Source: a virus. Taken from it: 35,444 bases of DNA. Position numbers and translations under genes: made by a program. Below the pieces are notes generated by a model. The model did not search any database, was not told where the DNA came from, and worked only from the letters and a program-made list of their open reading frames with translations. The stretch lies in the IMG/VR virus record IMGVR_UViG_3300042376_000850. One strand, given 5' to 3'. This document shows positions 15,767-25,801 of this stretch, piece by piece; the stretch's first letter is position 1; every line of letters starts with the position of its first letter.

Positions 15767-16471
15767 TTAACCGGGAAAGTTGCCGTCCTGTATGTTCCAC
15801 TCAGTCAGCAATATATTACGCGGCAAACCACCAAGCGTAAGTTTTTGCGCTGACTTGTCCTGTGCTTTAATCGTGTCAAGCATGGTTCTAAACTCTGCCA
15901 AGTCAAAACTTGCGTCCAGTCCTTTAGAGGCTTTCCACTGTACTTTTAGTCCCGTCACCATCAGCGAATCGTCAAATATCGCTCGGTCGGTATCGGCTGC
16001 GTAGGTTTTGCGAGTAACGCCGCCACCTGCATCAATCCAGTTTTTTGAAATGTAGTAAAAAGACAGGTTCAAATCACCAGTCGGCGGGTCAACCTCTAGG
16101 AAGTTGTTAGCAATTCTGAAACGTAGGTTCGGACCATCGCTGATAATTGCTGATTTATAAATCTGCCATTCTTGAGTGGTTGCAGGTCCTATAAGCGGCC
16201 ATTGTGACGTTCTATCCCACTCCGTCTGGGGTATTTGTCTGCCCCAGTCACTCGGTAGGGCGTATTGAGTCTGCCCCTGAACCGTAGTAAAGCTGTGTTC
16301 AGTATTCAGCCTTTGCCATTCGCCTTGTGTGCAAAGGTCTCGCCCTAGCCGGTTGACTAAGGCAAGTAGTTGTATGATCTGCGGGTCATTGTTCCCGATA
16401 ACCAATGTCGGGCGGCTTACACCCAGTTCACCAGTAACCTGCTGCACTAGCTCTAGCAGGGTGTAATTCAT
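15767..16471 (-). CDS. Putative head-tail adaptor or head-completion protein
   Basis: 234 aa. Assigned from its position between the capsid genes and the tail-tube gene, plus the N-terminal pattern LLELVQQVTGELG......IGNNDPQIIQLLALVNRLGRDL. Confidence 0.35.
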   Translation of the reverse strand: MNYTLLELVQQVTGELGVSRPTLVIGNNDPQIIQLLALVNRLGRDLCTQGEWQRLNTEHSFTTVQGQTQYALPSDWGRQIPQTEWDRTSQWPLIGPATTQEWQIYKSAIISDGPNLRFRIANNFLEVDPPTGDLNLSFYYISKNWIDAGGGVTRKTYAADTDRAIFDDSLMVTGLKVQWKASKGLDASFDLAEFRTMLDTIKAQDKSAQKLTLGGLPRNILLTEWNIQDGNFPG

Positions 16472-16473
16472 AG

Positions 16474-17019
16474 TTAGCCCTCGACGGTTTCAGGTTCTTT
16501 GCGCGGTCGTCCGCGTTTCACTTCCGGGTTTTCTAGTGAGGCTTTGAGCGCTTCAAATTCGTTTCTCAACCGCTCGTTTTCGGCTTGCAGTGCGTTAATA
16601 GGCGCATTTCCTGCCGCTGCCGCTAGATAATCCCGCGCTTTCTTTCTCAACTCCATCCAGCCCATTCCCATGCGCTGTAATGCGCCATCGTTTACTTCGG
16701 CTAGATTTTCTACAGTCTTAATACCAAAATACTCGGCTTCTTTGCATTGCGACTTAGTAATCTGCGGCCATTGACTTAAAACCGTGCCAATCACCTCACC
16801 CGCCATGCCTGCCTCAAACTCGCGCCACTGTCGAGCATACTTTTGCTTATAGTGCGCGTCTGCTTTTACTTCTAACACATTCAATCTATCACCGGGGTGT
16901 TGAATGCGTACAAACGGCATTTCTTTGTAAATCGGTCGGCCTGCTTTTTCGGTTTCCGCTTTCAGTTCCACCGATTCCATGTAAAACTCTACAAAACTGC
17001 CAGTCTGAGGGTTGCTCAT
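16474..17019 (-). CDS. Hypothetical virion-module protein with a C-terminal coiled coil and a KRGRPRK tail
   Basis: 181-aa ORF; first gene after the capsid-cluster terminator. Confidence 0.45.
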   Translation of the reverse strand: MSNPQTGSFVEFYMESVELKAETEKAGRPIYKEMPFVRIQHPGDRLNVLEVKADAHYKQKYARQWREFEAGMAGEVIGTVLSQWPQITKSQCKEAEYFGIKTVENLAEVNDGALQRMGMGWMELRKKARDYLAAAAGNAPINALQAENERLRNEFEALKASLENPEVKRGRPRKEPETVEG

Positions 17020-17029
17020 TTGGACTCCA

Positions 17030-17060
17030 TAAGGTTAAACAACAGGGGCAAATGCCCCTG
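17030..17060 (-). terminator. Probable Rho-independent (partial) terminator after the capsid/decoration cluster
   Basis: Minus strand has CAGGGGC-attt-GCCCCTG (7-bp GC-rich stem) followed by TTGTTTAA. Confidence 0.55.
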
Positions 17061-17065
17061 CCCAC

Positions 17066-17422
17066 TTAGTAAGTGACCCAGTTGGTACTATTACGTCCCA
17101 ACAATCTCGCCTGACCACCAGCCGCAACAGAAAACGCGGCGTTTGCTGACAGCGCGTTAATAGCACCGCCAGTAGCCGGGTAAATGTTGAGAGCGTTAGC
17201 GCCAAGATTCTTTACAGTGACTTCTGCACTAGGTTCAGCCGGGGGCAAAATAACTCCAGTACTGGCTGCCGCTGTCGTTACTATGACATGAGCGCCAGTG
17301 ACCAGAGTTGCTGTGCCTTGAGTTGAACCCGCTGCGGTCACGTTGTCCTGAATGTCGCCGCACACCTGTTCAGTAAGTGCAGCAGCCATTCCGACACCCA
17401 TACACCGTGAAGGGTAGCTCAT
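17066..17422 (-). CDS. Small Ala/Thr/Gly-rich protein (possible head accessory protein)
   Basis: 118-aa ORF downstream of the capsid gene, with a beta-rich low-complexity composition. Confidence 0.4.
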   Translation of the reverse strand: MSYPSRCMGVGMAAALTEQVCGDIQDNVTAAGSTQGTATLVTGAHVIVTTAAASTGVILPPAEPSAEVTVKNLGANALNIYPATGGAINALSANAAFSVAAGGQARLLGRNSTNWVTY

Positions 17423-17432
17423 ACGTTACTCC

Positions 17433-17735
17433 TTAGACAGAAGCAGCAGAGAACCAGCCACGATCACCAGAAGCCATAGCAACAGCAGGTGAGCGGTAAG
17501 AACCGCCCGTTGCAGTCACTAGGAACGTGGTGGCGTTGACGGTACACACTGCGGTCGATGCGGTAATGGTGGCGTTAGCTTGTGCGTACACATAGCGACG
17601 GCCATCAGAACCAAAGACCTGAGTGCCCAACTGCGGCGCGTCTTCTGCACCGGAAGCGGGACCCACATCAGCGGCCAGCGTGATCGAGTTAAAGTCACAT
17701 CCCAAAACAGGGGTAACGGTAATAGGGAAAGCCAT
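17433..17735 (-). CDS. Small protein, possibly head decoration (weakly DUF2190-like)
   Basis: 100 aa, immediately after the major capsid gene, Ala/Thr/Gly-rich. Confidence 0.35.
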   Translation of the reverse strand: MAFPITVTPVLGCDFNSITLAADVGPASGAEDAPQLGTQVFGSDGRRYVYAQANATITASTAVCTVNATTFLVTATGGSYRSPAVAMASGDRGWFSAASV

Positions 17736-17753
17736 TTTAGTATCCTTTCAAAA

Positions 17754-18746
17754 TTAGTCGGTCAGAACACCTTGGTAGCGAGGACCTGAACTTGTCAAGT
17801 TACCTGCCCAGCCAATCAGGCGCACCATTGCATCTTGGTTGACCGACATACGATCACCACCAATAGGCACAAAGTTGCGGTCACGGTGCGGACGGAAAAA
17901 CAGGTATTTAGTATTCAAGAAGTACATGCGGTTGGTGTTCAACTGACCACCAATGCCGCCATCCAAGAACACATCGCAGTTAAAACCAGCGCCGAAGTAT
18001 TTCAGGCTAGTGAAGCCAGCACCTGCCGAAGTCTCGCTAGAAATACGCTGAATTGCTTGCAGGCTTTCCAGATAGAAACGATAGTAGTTGTTACCTGCCA
18101 CGATAATATCGGGGCGGTCAGCACCACGCACTAACTGAACTGCTACACGGTTCATATACGATTGAATGTTAGCAGCCGAAGCAGCAGCACCGCCATCGGT
18201 CGTAGCATCAAACGCAATGTTGCGCCAGAATGAGAAGTTGGCACGGTTAATACCGCCGTAGGTTCCAGAACCGGGCGAAGCAGAAACAGCCAGAGCCAAG
18301 CCAGTGATGTCCTTACCGCCGTTACCCGTGCCGTCGGAGTAAATACCAGCCGAGATGTCGTTCATCAGTTGGGCTTCGGCAACCTGAATGCGGCCTTCTA
18401 ACAAGTCAATAATCTGTTCTTTACCGCTGTTTTGCAGCATTTCAAGGCCAGACATAGACACAGCGGCAGCGTATTGCTTAAGGTCAAACTGAGCGGCGCT
18501 AATCGGGCTGTTCGGGGTAATGTCAATAATGTCATACCCAGAAAACGAACCAGCGTTTTCAGTAGTGGTGTCGTTGTACATTACTTCTTGAAGAATGACG
18601 TTACCGCCAGAGAATAATTTCTGGTTGCCGCGTTCTTTCAGTTTATACAGTAATGCGTTGTTGTTGGTACAGTTGTCAGCCAGCGCACCAGAGCGCGACT
18701 GAATAGTGGTGGCGACAATGTCGCTTAAGTTGGCAAACGTAGCCAT
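17754..18746 (-). CDS. Major capsid protein
   Basis: 330 aa. It follows the scaffold-like ORF, has an AAAGGA RBS, and its size and position fit an HK97-fold coat protein. Confidence 0.7.
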   Translation of the reverse strand: MATFANLSDIVATTIQSRSGALADNCTNNNALLYKLKERGNQKLFSGGNVILQEVMYNDTTTENAGSFSGYDIIDITPNSPISAAQFDLKQYAAAVSMSGLEMLQNSGKEQIIDLLEGRIQVAEAQLMNDISAGIYSDGTGNGGKDITGLALAVSASPGSGTYGGINRANFSFWRNIAFDATTDGGAAASAANIQSYMNRVAVQLVRGADRPDIIVAGNNYYRFYLESLQAIQRISSETSAGAGFTSLKYFGAGFNCDVFLDGGIGGQLNTNRMYFLNTKYLFFRPHRDRNFVPIGGDRMSVNQDAMVRLIGWAGNLTSSGPRYQGVLTD

Positions 18747-18760
18747 GACAATCCTTTCTG

Positions 18761-19744
18761 TTAAGAATCAAATTGCGCGGCGAGAATATCTCGCAGCGAA
18801 CCTTTATTTCCGGGCTGAACCCCAGAGGAAGCAGGACTAGAGCCTTTTACACTCACTGCGGCGGTTCTCGCCTTTTGAGCTTGGGCTTGTTCTAGTGCTT
18901 TTTTCTGAGCTTCGGCGCGTTGCTGATCTAACAGGGATTGCCTGATGTCGGGACGCATCCAGACAGCCATTTCATACGCTTCTTGTAAATCCTTGGCGCT
19001 GCCGGTTTCCAGCAGAGTTGCCATTTCATTACGCACTGCGTCAAAGTGCGGGCGGTCAGGTGTAGCAAATGACGCCAACTGCTCGTGCGCCATTGCTTGT
19101 TCCTGTTGCCTAGCCTGATTTTGCCACATTTGTTGCTGATTACGCAACACCTGTAGCTCGTTCATTAAATATTGAGTTTGAGGGTCAACTTGGGGCGGTT
19201 CTTGAACCTGATTTAAGTCGATGTTGTATTCTTTTGCCAGTTGCGCAAAATACTGCGCCTTTGTCACTGGGTCTGACGTTCTCAGCGTCATGTCGGCACG
19301 CATCAAAGCATTTATGGCGGTCGGAGCATCCACGCCTAAACGCTGTAAATGTTGCTGATATGGCGCTATTACAGCATCATAAGCTTTCGCTCTTTCAGAA
19401 TGGCTTTTGAACTCTGAAACGCCTTTGTGAAAGTCAGATTCGCGCCGTTCGGCTTCTTGGGTGAGTATTTTGATTTCCTCAGTCGTCAATGCCTCACCGC
19501 GGTCAGCCTTTAGGAAAGCTTCTTGTGCTGCAGGTTTCCAGCTTGACGGGGCTTTGCGCGGGGCGGGTTCTGGTTCCGGCGCGACTTCGGGTTCTTTCTT
19601 GGCAAACTTGCCATCCTCTGACCTGGCTCTCGGTTCTTGAGTTACTTCCGGGGTTGATTCCGGGGCAACCTCTGGCGCGACTTCGGCCTCTGTCGTTTCG
19701 TGTTGTTCGAGTGCGCTTTCTAGGGCTTCGGCTATGGTTTGCAT
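18761..19744 (-). CDS. Scaffolding-like protein
   Basis: 327 aa with an acidic PE-rich N-terminus and a Q-rich helical region. Lies immediately upstream of the capsid gene. Confidence 0.55.
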   Translation of the reverse strand: MQTIAEALESALEQHETTEAEVAPEVAPESTPEVTQEPRARSEDGKFAKKEPEVAPEPEPAPRKAPSSWKPAAQEAFLKADRGEALTTEEIKILTQEAERRESDFHKGVSEFKSHSERAKAYDAVIAPYQQHLQRLGVDAPTAINALMRADMTLRTSDPVTKAQYFAQLAKEYNIDLNQVQEPPQVDPQTQYLMNELQVLRNQQQMWQNQARQQEQAMAHEQLASFATPDRPHFDAVRNEMATLLETGSAKDLQEAYEMAVWMRPDIRQSLLDQQRAEAQKKALEQAQAQKARTAAVSVKGSSPASSGVQPGNKGSLRDILAAQFDS

Positions 19745-19757
19745 AGTTTTTCCTTGG

Positions 19758-20045
19758 TTAATAACCTTTTGAGTTCAATACTTCGGCAATAGTCCTGCGC
19801 CGGGCTTCCCGGTCGTCACGGCGTTGCTGTTTCATGTGGTGGTCGATTTCGTTTCCGATTTCGATCAATCCGTGACGTTTTAGATGTTCACGGTGCTGGC
19901 TTCGGCTGGTAATCATCTCGCCAGTTGCTTGGCTTTGATAGGGCTGTATGTCCGGCATTATCATCGGCGCGGAATATTCTCTTGCGTAGAACTCTTCGGC
20001 GGGTATCAGTTCGCCGTTGTATTGTATGTATCTTTGTCTGGGCAT
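19758..20045 (-). CDS. Hypothetical head-module protein
   Basis: 95-aa ORF containing the motif MPDIQPYQSQATGEMITSRSQHREHLKRHGLIEIGNE. Confidence 0.5.
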   Translation of the reverse strand: MPRQRYIQYNGELIPAEEFYAREYSAPMIMPDIQPYQSQATGEMITSRSQHREHLKRHGLIEIGNEIDHHMKQQRRDDREARRRTIAEVLNSKGY

Positions 20046-20049
20046 AGTC

Positions 20050-20412
20050 TTAGGCTATCAATAATAGGGTTTCTATATCTTCTTCCTCTTGCGCGATTCT
20101 AATCTGTTGTATTTTTATTGCAACTAATATCTGTCTTGCTATGTTTTCTGCCAGTTTTTCGTTAATTTTGAGCGTTTCTGGCTGAATTTGTGCATATTTT
20201 GGTGCAACAGTTGCCGCTACCTCTATGGCTTGCTCAGGCTCTTCTTCAATAAACTCTATGACTTCTTCAAGCGTCGGGGTTTTGCGTTCCCACTGTTTTT
20301 TCCACTTTTTACGCCAAAAATCAGCGTAAACACCGCCAAAATCAAAGGTACTTATTGAACCCCAAGAATTACCCCACGCTTTACCCCATGAGTTGCCCCA
20401 TGCCGAAGCCAT
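20050..20412 (-). CDS. Acidic protein with an N-terminal AWGNSWG repeat
   Basis: The start is taken at ATG 20412 (TAATG overlap with the 1072-aa gene); the track start at 20427 is GTG. Begins MASAWGNSWGKAWGNSWGS, followed by a Glu-rich helical region. Confidence 0.5.
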   Translation of the reverse strand: MASAWGNSWGKAWGNSWGSISTFDFGGVYADFWRKKWKKQWERKTPTLEEVIEFIEEEPEQAIEVAATVAPKYAQIQPETLKINEKLAENIARQILVAIKIQQIRIAQEEEDIETLLLIA

Positions 20413-23400
20413 TAAACGGGTCCCCACGGGTCAGAATCTGTGCCTTGCCCATCTACCGTGTAGCCATTAACCTTTCGGATGTCTGCCTGAATGGGTGCTG
20501 TTTGTGCCGCGGTCAGTGTGGCCGCCGCTATGTCCAGTTTGTCTTGTGCTGTCACACCTGAACCAGTCGCGTAAGGTACGACGTGCATGGGTGCCAAAAA
20601 GATAGTGCCGCCCGTTGTATCAATCAGTGAAATAGCTGTTCCGGTAGCAGCATCCACCATGTAGCCGCCCGTGATGGTCAGTGGTGCTGATGGGGAGCTA
20701 GTGTTTTTGATTTTCCATCCGCCCCTGAATACATAGTTCGCGGTATCTGTTGCGTTAATGATTCGGCCTTCGTCAATAATACCCGCCGCCGTAGCCAGCC
20801 AGTATGTCTCGTAGGCATATATTGAAGGCAGACTAATCGTTGACGTTGACACGTTAATCAGCATCGTCGGGTCATCAATGGTGATGCCCGTGACTGTTGA
20901 ACCGTCTATTGCATTAGCCTGATAAACGGTATCGTCTTGCTGATTGAGTCGGTAAGACAATGCCGGGCTGGTCAGCGTCACCGTGCCGACTGCTTCATCG
21001 ACAAACAGCTTAGCGCTAGCACCGGACTGATACGCTGCACGAACGCGAATATCACGGTCTGCAACATAAGCTACAGCGTCAGTCCAAGTATGCGGGTACG
21101 ATGCCGGAACTCCAGCATACAGAGTCACCGGGCTGGCCGGGGTTGTAATGTCTTGAATCAGCAAGCGCGAACCAGCTACGCCATTGGTTACTGTAACCGA
21201 TTGATAAACAGGCGGCGGCGAATTGTCCACCGTTAAACTTGGCCCAGAATTTACAAAACTCACGCCCGGATCAATCCGCACAGTCACAGGGCTGCCCGAT
21301 GTGTTGACGAAGGTCAGCGTGCCGGTGATGGAATTGCCGCGCAAATCATAGGTGCCGCCAGCGGTGAAGGTAATGGTGGCCGTGCCGAAGGCTTGCGTGA
21401 TGGTAGCGGGCGCATTGAAAACCACCGCACCAGACAAACGCGCCGTGCAGGAACCGCCATTGATAAAGCTGATGCTCCGTCCCGTGCCTAGCGTCAAATT
21501 GTTTCCAGCGCCAGTAAATGCCACACCATCAACGACAATGTTGTAGGCCGATGATAGGTTGGCCAGAGTGCCAGACAAATAAACAGGAACAGTAAGGTTG
21601 GCGGTCTGGCCAAGATTCCATTGCGAGTAGTCGTAGAACTCTGCAAAACTCCTGCTTACCGTCAGTGTGACGGTCTGGGTGCCGTGGTTAATTGCGATTC
21701 CGGTATAAGCCCCGACTGTGGTTTCGTTGCTCACGGTAATAACCGGGTCAACAGTCTGGAATACCGCGTTGTTATACAAGAACCCGTAGTGCCGTGCTGC
21801 CACGATAAACGGCGCAATAACCACCCCATCAAAATAATAATTGCCAGTGGTCGCTGCGCTTGTGCCAGTCACGGCCAGAGACAAATCACCCGTTAGTGTC
21901 GGTGTTACTGTCAGGCTGAAGTCATGCCAAGCATTAGCCGTAGCAGGGGCGGTAAAGGTTGCAGGGGTGCTGCCTTGTCCTGAGAGTGTCACCGATGGTG
22001 GCGTTGCCGTGCCATAGGTTGTATCAAAGCGAAGGCTGCCGCGCACCGTCACGGCTTGCCCAGCCGAAGCACCTGCAAGCAGGTAAGTCCGTCCATGCGC
22101 CACGTTAGCACGTTGCGGCTGAAAGCGAACAGAGGACGTGCTGCGCTTAGAGACGGCGTTGTCGCGGGCGATGAAACCGCGCGCGGTCTGGATTTCTTGA
22201 AGCGTCACGTCGGAATTTTTATTGACGAAAGAGAACTCGGCCAACGGGTTAGCTGGACCAGTCGTGAAGATTGAGCCGAACAACTGCATTGTCCCCACGG
22301 TCGAGTTGTTTATTACGCAAGTTTGCAACGCGAGCGACGTGGACAAAGTGCTGCCGATAAAGCCGGGGTTATTAGTGCCGAAGTTAGTGCCATTGACGAT
22401 AATGCTTCCGGCGCCGGGCGCGGCAAACCGGTCGTAACGGTCTAGGTCGCCGTTGTTCCAAGTGATTGCGTTTCCGGGCGAGACGACAGATACGATTGTG
22501 GCGTTCCGCACCACCATGTCGTTTATTTGAATGCCCTGTCCGCCTTCACTGAAATTGGCTAAAAAAGATTGGTGGACATTAAGTGAGCAGCAGCTCCGGA
22601 AGCCTACGCCAATCGCATTTGATGCCGTGCGATAGGCCGAGCCAAAAGTTGTATTGGCACGAACCGCCACCACACATTCCAGAAACTCAAACTCGATGGC
22701 AGCAAAAGCCATTCCGAAGCCTTGCCCGGCACCGGATGTAATCGTCGGTAACGTCCCGTCTCGCCGCAGATTAGTCGCGGCGCATCGCTCAACTACGCCA
22801 TCGCGAAAAACCGCGGTACTATTGGCAAAGTAGGTGGCGTTCCAGATTCCAAAAGCCGATTGGTCGCCTGTAGTACCACCGCCGTGGACGCTGACATTCT
22901 TGATGTCAATGCTGTTCGCTGGCATTCCTGTTCTAGGGGAGATGGAGAAAACGGCAAAATTAGCGGCGTTAAAATGTTCTATATAGACATTGCTCCAGAC
23001 ATTCGCTACCACCGCACCAGCAGCACGGTTATTCGTCCAAGCCGTCGCCACGGTAATGTCGTTACCGCTGATCGCGCTTATTTGCTTGGCTTCAACCTGA
23101 GTGCTGACGCTGTTCTGGTCTGCACTGATGATAATCCAGTCGTTCACCGCCCAGCCTGTGGCATCATCAACAGTAAAGGTAAGGGTGGTTCCACCCACCA
23201 CGGCGGTCGTCGTCTTGGTATGCCGCCTCTTGTTCGCGCCGCGCATCCCGATGAGATTGAAGCGATTGGTGGTGCCAAGCCGAATATCGTACTTGTTGTT
23301 CGCCATCACGGCGCTGTAGTTGATGCGGATACCGGCAGTCACTCCGGCGGGGATAATGTCGCCTTCAATGCCCCAATCGAACTCGCCCGTCGTGGCGTTG

Positions 23401-23630
23401 GCAATAGTAGTCTTGAGCGTTAGTAGGCTATTAACTGTCCGGCTGGCTTTTAACCTACCGTTGATGACAAGTCCGCCCACCACATCGTTACCTACGATGT
23501 AGGTTCCGTCCACTGTGACAGTGTGACCAACAGCAATGGTGACGGTATCAAACTCTCCGGGAACTACCCCACCTACCCAAGTTCCTGTAGCGCTCCAAAG
23601 GCCGGTAGCGGCTGATGTAATTGCTGCCAT
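20412..23630 (-). CDS. Large beta-helix-like virion protein (putative tailspike, depolymerase or head fiber)
   Basis: 1072 aa. N-terminus TGLWSATGTWVGGVVPGEFDTVTIAVGHTVTVDG is typical of parallel beta-helix proteins. The Thr/Val/Gly/Asn-rich periodic composition continues throughout. Confidence 0.45.
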   Translation of the reverse strand: MAAITSAATGLWSATGTWVGGVVPGEFDTVTIAVGHTVTVDGTYIVGNDVVGGLVINGRLKASRTVNSLLTLKTTIANATTGEFDWGIEGDIIPAGVTAGIRINYSAVMANNKYDIRLGTTNRFNLIGMRGANKRRHTKTTTAVVGGTTLTFTVDDATGWAVNDWIIISADQNSVSTQVEAKQISAISGNDITVATAWTNNRAAGAVVANVWSNVYIEHFNAANFAVFSISPRTGMPANSIDIKNVSVHGGGTTGDQSAFGIWNATYFANSTAVFRDGVVERCAATNLRRDGTLPTITSGAGQGFGMAFAAIEFEFLECVVAVRANTTFGSAYRTASNAIGVGFRSCCSLNVHQSFLANFSEGGQGIQINDMVVRNATIVSVVSPGNAITWNNGDLDRYDRFAAPGAGSIIVNGTNFGTNNPGFIGSTLSTSLALQTCVINNSTVGTMQLFGSIFTTGPANPLAEFSFVNKNSDVTLQEIQTARGFIARDNAVSKRSTSSVRFQPQRANVAHGRTYLLAGASAGQAVTVRGSLRFDTTYGTATPPSVTLSGQGSTPATFTAPATANAWHDFSLTVTPTLTGDLSLAVTGTSAATTGNYYFDGVVIAPFIVAARHYGFLYNNAVFQTVDPVITVSNETTVGAYTGIAINHGTQTVTLTVSRSFAEFYDYSQWNLGQTANLTVPVYLSGTLANLSSAYNIVVDGVAFTGAGNNLTLGTGRSISFINGGSCTARLSGAVVFNAPATITQAFGTATITFTAGGTYDLRGNSITGTLTFVNTSGSPVTVRIDPGVSFVNSGPSLTVDNSPPPVYQSVTVTNGVAGSRLLIQDITTPASPVTLYAGVPASYPHTWTDAVAYVADRDIRVRAAYQSGASAKLFVDEAVGTVTLTSPALSYRLNQQDDTVYQANAIDGSTVTGITIDDPTMLINVSTSTISLPSIYAYETYWLATAAGIIDEGRIINATDTANYVFRGGWKIKNTSSPSAPLTITGGYMVDAATGTAISLIDTTGGTIFLAPMHVVPYATGSGVTAQDKLDIAAATLTAAQTAPIQADIRKVNGYTVDGQGTDSDPWGPV

Positions 23631-25801
23631 TAGTCGTTTTCTTCTTCTACTTCGACTTCAATCATAGCCATTGTTTTACCGTCCGCGCCTCTTTCAAGTA
23701 TGCGTTTTTTTGGTTTGTTCATTTTTGTAACCACATCGGCTAACATTTGAACGCCTTGCAAAGCCGCCATTTTTTGAACGTCTGCAATTTCACGCATTTG
23801 TTCTTCGACTTCTTGAAACTTTTGCTCGTTTCCGTCGCTCTCTCTGTTCACAGCGTTAATTTGCGCGATTTGTAGCTTAGTGTCTGCCTCAATCTGGGCT
23901 TTCATTTGTAAGCGTTGCGTCTCGGCTTCTTGTCTTAACTGTTCTCTGGCCGATTCGTATTCTTGGCGCATTTGCTCCAGTTCTTTAGCCTGCTGCGCCT
24001 TGAATTGCTCAATCTGTCCTTGAGTTTGTATTTTTGCCTGTTCTAACTGCATCTTGCTTTGTTCAACCTGCATCATGGCCTCGGCTTTCATCTGCTCCGG
24101 GTCTGGCTGCGGCTGTTCAGGTTGTTTCGGTGCGTTTAGTTTGGCCATTGCCTCATCAAAGGCAGCTTCCATCATCCTGCCGCCTTTGAATGCCCTAACT
24201 CCAAACATTAGCATCTCACCCATTAAAGGAGCGAGTTCTGGCACTTGTTGGGTTACGGGTAAGGCTCTGTCCATAAACTGCCCCACCGCGCCCAGAAACT
24301 CAATCCGGCTTTGTTTTTCGCTGGCTTCGTCCATCTCAACCAGTGAATCAGAGGCAACCTCAATCCTGAACCCTCTGGCTGGCTCAGACTTCAACAACAT
24401 AATGGCCTGCTCTGCGTATTGAGCGTCCATTGTCCCCATGATTCCAGACATTTCTACAAGTGTCTGGGGTGCGTAAAAATCGCACATAATCTGGGATTTG
24501 ATTTTTAACACTTCCGAAGCAAACTGCGCAACTTCGGTCTGTAGGCGTTTCAGTCTCAGTGAAGCGTACTGGCTTTTTATCTGTTGCGCGGTAGCCGTTT
24601 CCGAAGCCATCGACGCGCCGCGGATAATGTCAGATAGTCCGGTAATCTCATACACTACCTGCTTTGCCTGTTCTCTAGCCGCGTAACATTCTCTTAAGGC
24701 TTGGAGTACAGAATCGAGCGGCATGAAGTCAACCACACCTTTTAGACCGCCTTTTTCCGCAAAAGCCGCCCAAGTGTCCACAGGTATCAACTGGTTATTC
24801 ACACCTTCGGAAAGCATCCTTTGTACATTTTGCTGGCTTGCGTCATAGACACCCACTACCTTAACCGCTTCGACTAACATTGCTATCCGGTTGGTTAGCA
24901 TGTCAATTTCTTCGGCTTGGTCTTGGTAAAGGCTGTAATCGGGTATGGGTACTAAAGTCTCGGTGGTTTGAGTAGAAAATAAAGGCTTGGGGCACGGCCA
25001 GAAATTATCTAAACCGAGTGGGTCATCTTTAATGTCCAGCGTCTTAGAGTATCCCTCAGACACCCAGAAAACCTGTTTTGTCGTCTTGCTCCATATTTCC
25101 CAGACAACGGCTTTTTTCATGTCGTCTAGGTCTTCTACACCCATTTTTTCCATCTCATCAAGGCCAACAGGCTCGTGAGTCAATGGAACTTGCTTAAAAT
25201 CCTCGCCAAACCGCTTAATGCCATCATTTTGGCTCATGTACACCCGGCGTGCGATCCATGTCACTTCATCCCAACATCTGGCGGGCGAATATCTCACATC
25301 TTTCCAGAAGACATAATCTACCGGCGTGCATTCGTATTTATACGGCGCATTGGGCATAACCTGTGCTTCGCCACCTTCCACACCGGGCAAAGCGTCAACA
25401 GGTTGGGCGAGTTCTTTTTCCTCGAATCGCACCCACACCGTACCGCGTCCGGGTAATAGTCGGTCAAGTATGGCCAGCCTCATCGAAGCGTCAAAATCGC
25501 CCTTGTCAATCTCATATTGCAAGCAGCGTTCTATAATCACCGAGGCAGTGCGCCCTACAGGGTCAGAATCCTTCCAGCGTCTCGACACTTCGGCTCTAGG
25601 GGTTTTCCCGTATAGGGCTGGCATCATGGTCTGAATGTTTGACCACAATATATTGAATCGTTTGCCGTATGTCGTGAAGTTTTTGCGGTCGTCGCGGTAA
25701 CGCCTGATTATTTTGTCGCCACGCTCAATGAATTTTTCATCTTCGCGCTTGGCCAGTTTTAACTCAGCCAGCCATTTGGTGCTTGCGTCTACTGGGTTCA
25801 T
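23630..25801 (-). CDS. Portal protein
   Basis: The start is taken at ATG 25801 (ATGA overlap), giving 723 aa. It lies downstream of terL and has a long Q/E/K coiled-coil C-terminus (barrel-like). Confidence 0.75.
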   Translation of the reverse strand: MNPVDASTKWLAELKLAKREDEKFIERGDKIIRRYRDDRKNFTTYGKRFNILWSNIQTMMPALYGKTPRAEVSRRWKDSDPVGRTASVIIERCLQYEIDKGDFDASMRLAILDRLLPGRGTVWVRFEEKELAQPVDALPGVEGGEAQVMPNAPYKYECTPVDYVFWKDVRYSPARCWDEVTWIARRVYMSQNDGIKRFGEDFKQVPLTHEPVGLDEMEKMGVEDLDDMKKAVVWEIWSKTTKQVFWVSEGYSKTLDIKDDPLGLDNFWPCPKPLFSTQTTETLVPIPDYSLYQDQAEEIDMLTNRIAMLVEAVKVVGVYDASQQNVQRMLSEGVNNQLIPVDTWAAFAEKGGLKGVVDFMPLDSVLQALRECYAAREQAKQVVYEITGLSDIIRGASMASETATAQQIKSQYASLRLKRLQTEVAQFASEVLKIKSQIMCDFYAPQTLVEMSGIMGTMDAQYAEQAIMLLKSEPARGFRIEVASDSLVEMDEASEKQSRIEFLGAVGQFMDRALPVTQQVPELAPLMGEMLMFGVRAFKGGRMMEAAFDEAMAKLNAPKQPEQPQPDPEQMKAEAMMQVEQSKMQLEQAKIQTQGQIEQFKAQQAKELEQMRQEYESAREQLRQEAETQRLQMKAQIEADTKLQIAQINAVNRESDGNEQKFQEVEEQMREIADVQKMAALQGVQMLADVVTKMNKPKKRILERGADGKTMAMIEVEVEEEND

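Noticed and set aside
22604-22792. Short minus-strand ORFs nested out of frame in larger genes (22604..22792, 27151..27357, 30222..30419)
   Set aside because: They are fully contained in longer ORFs with recognisable motifs or paralogs, and they have no independent RBS.
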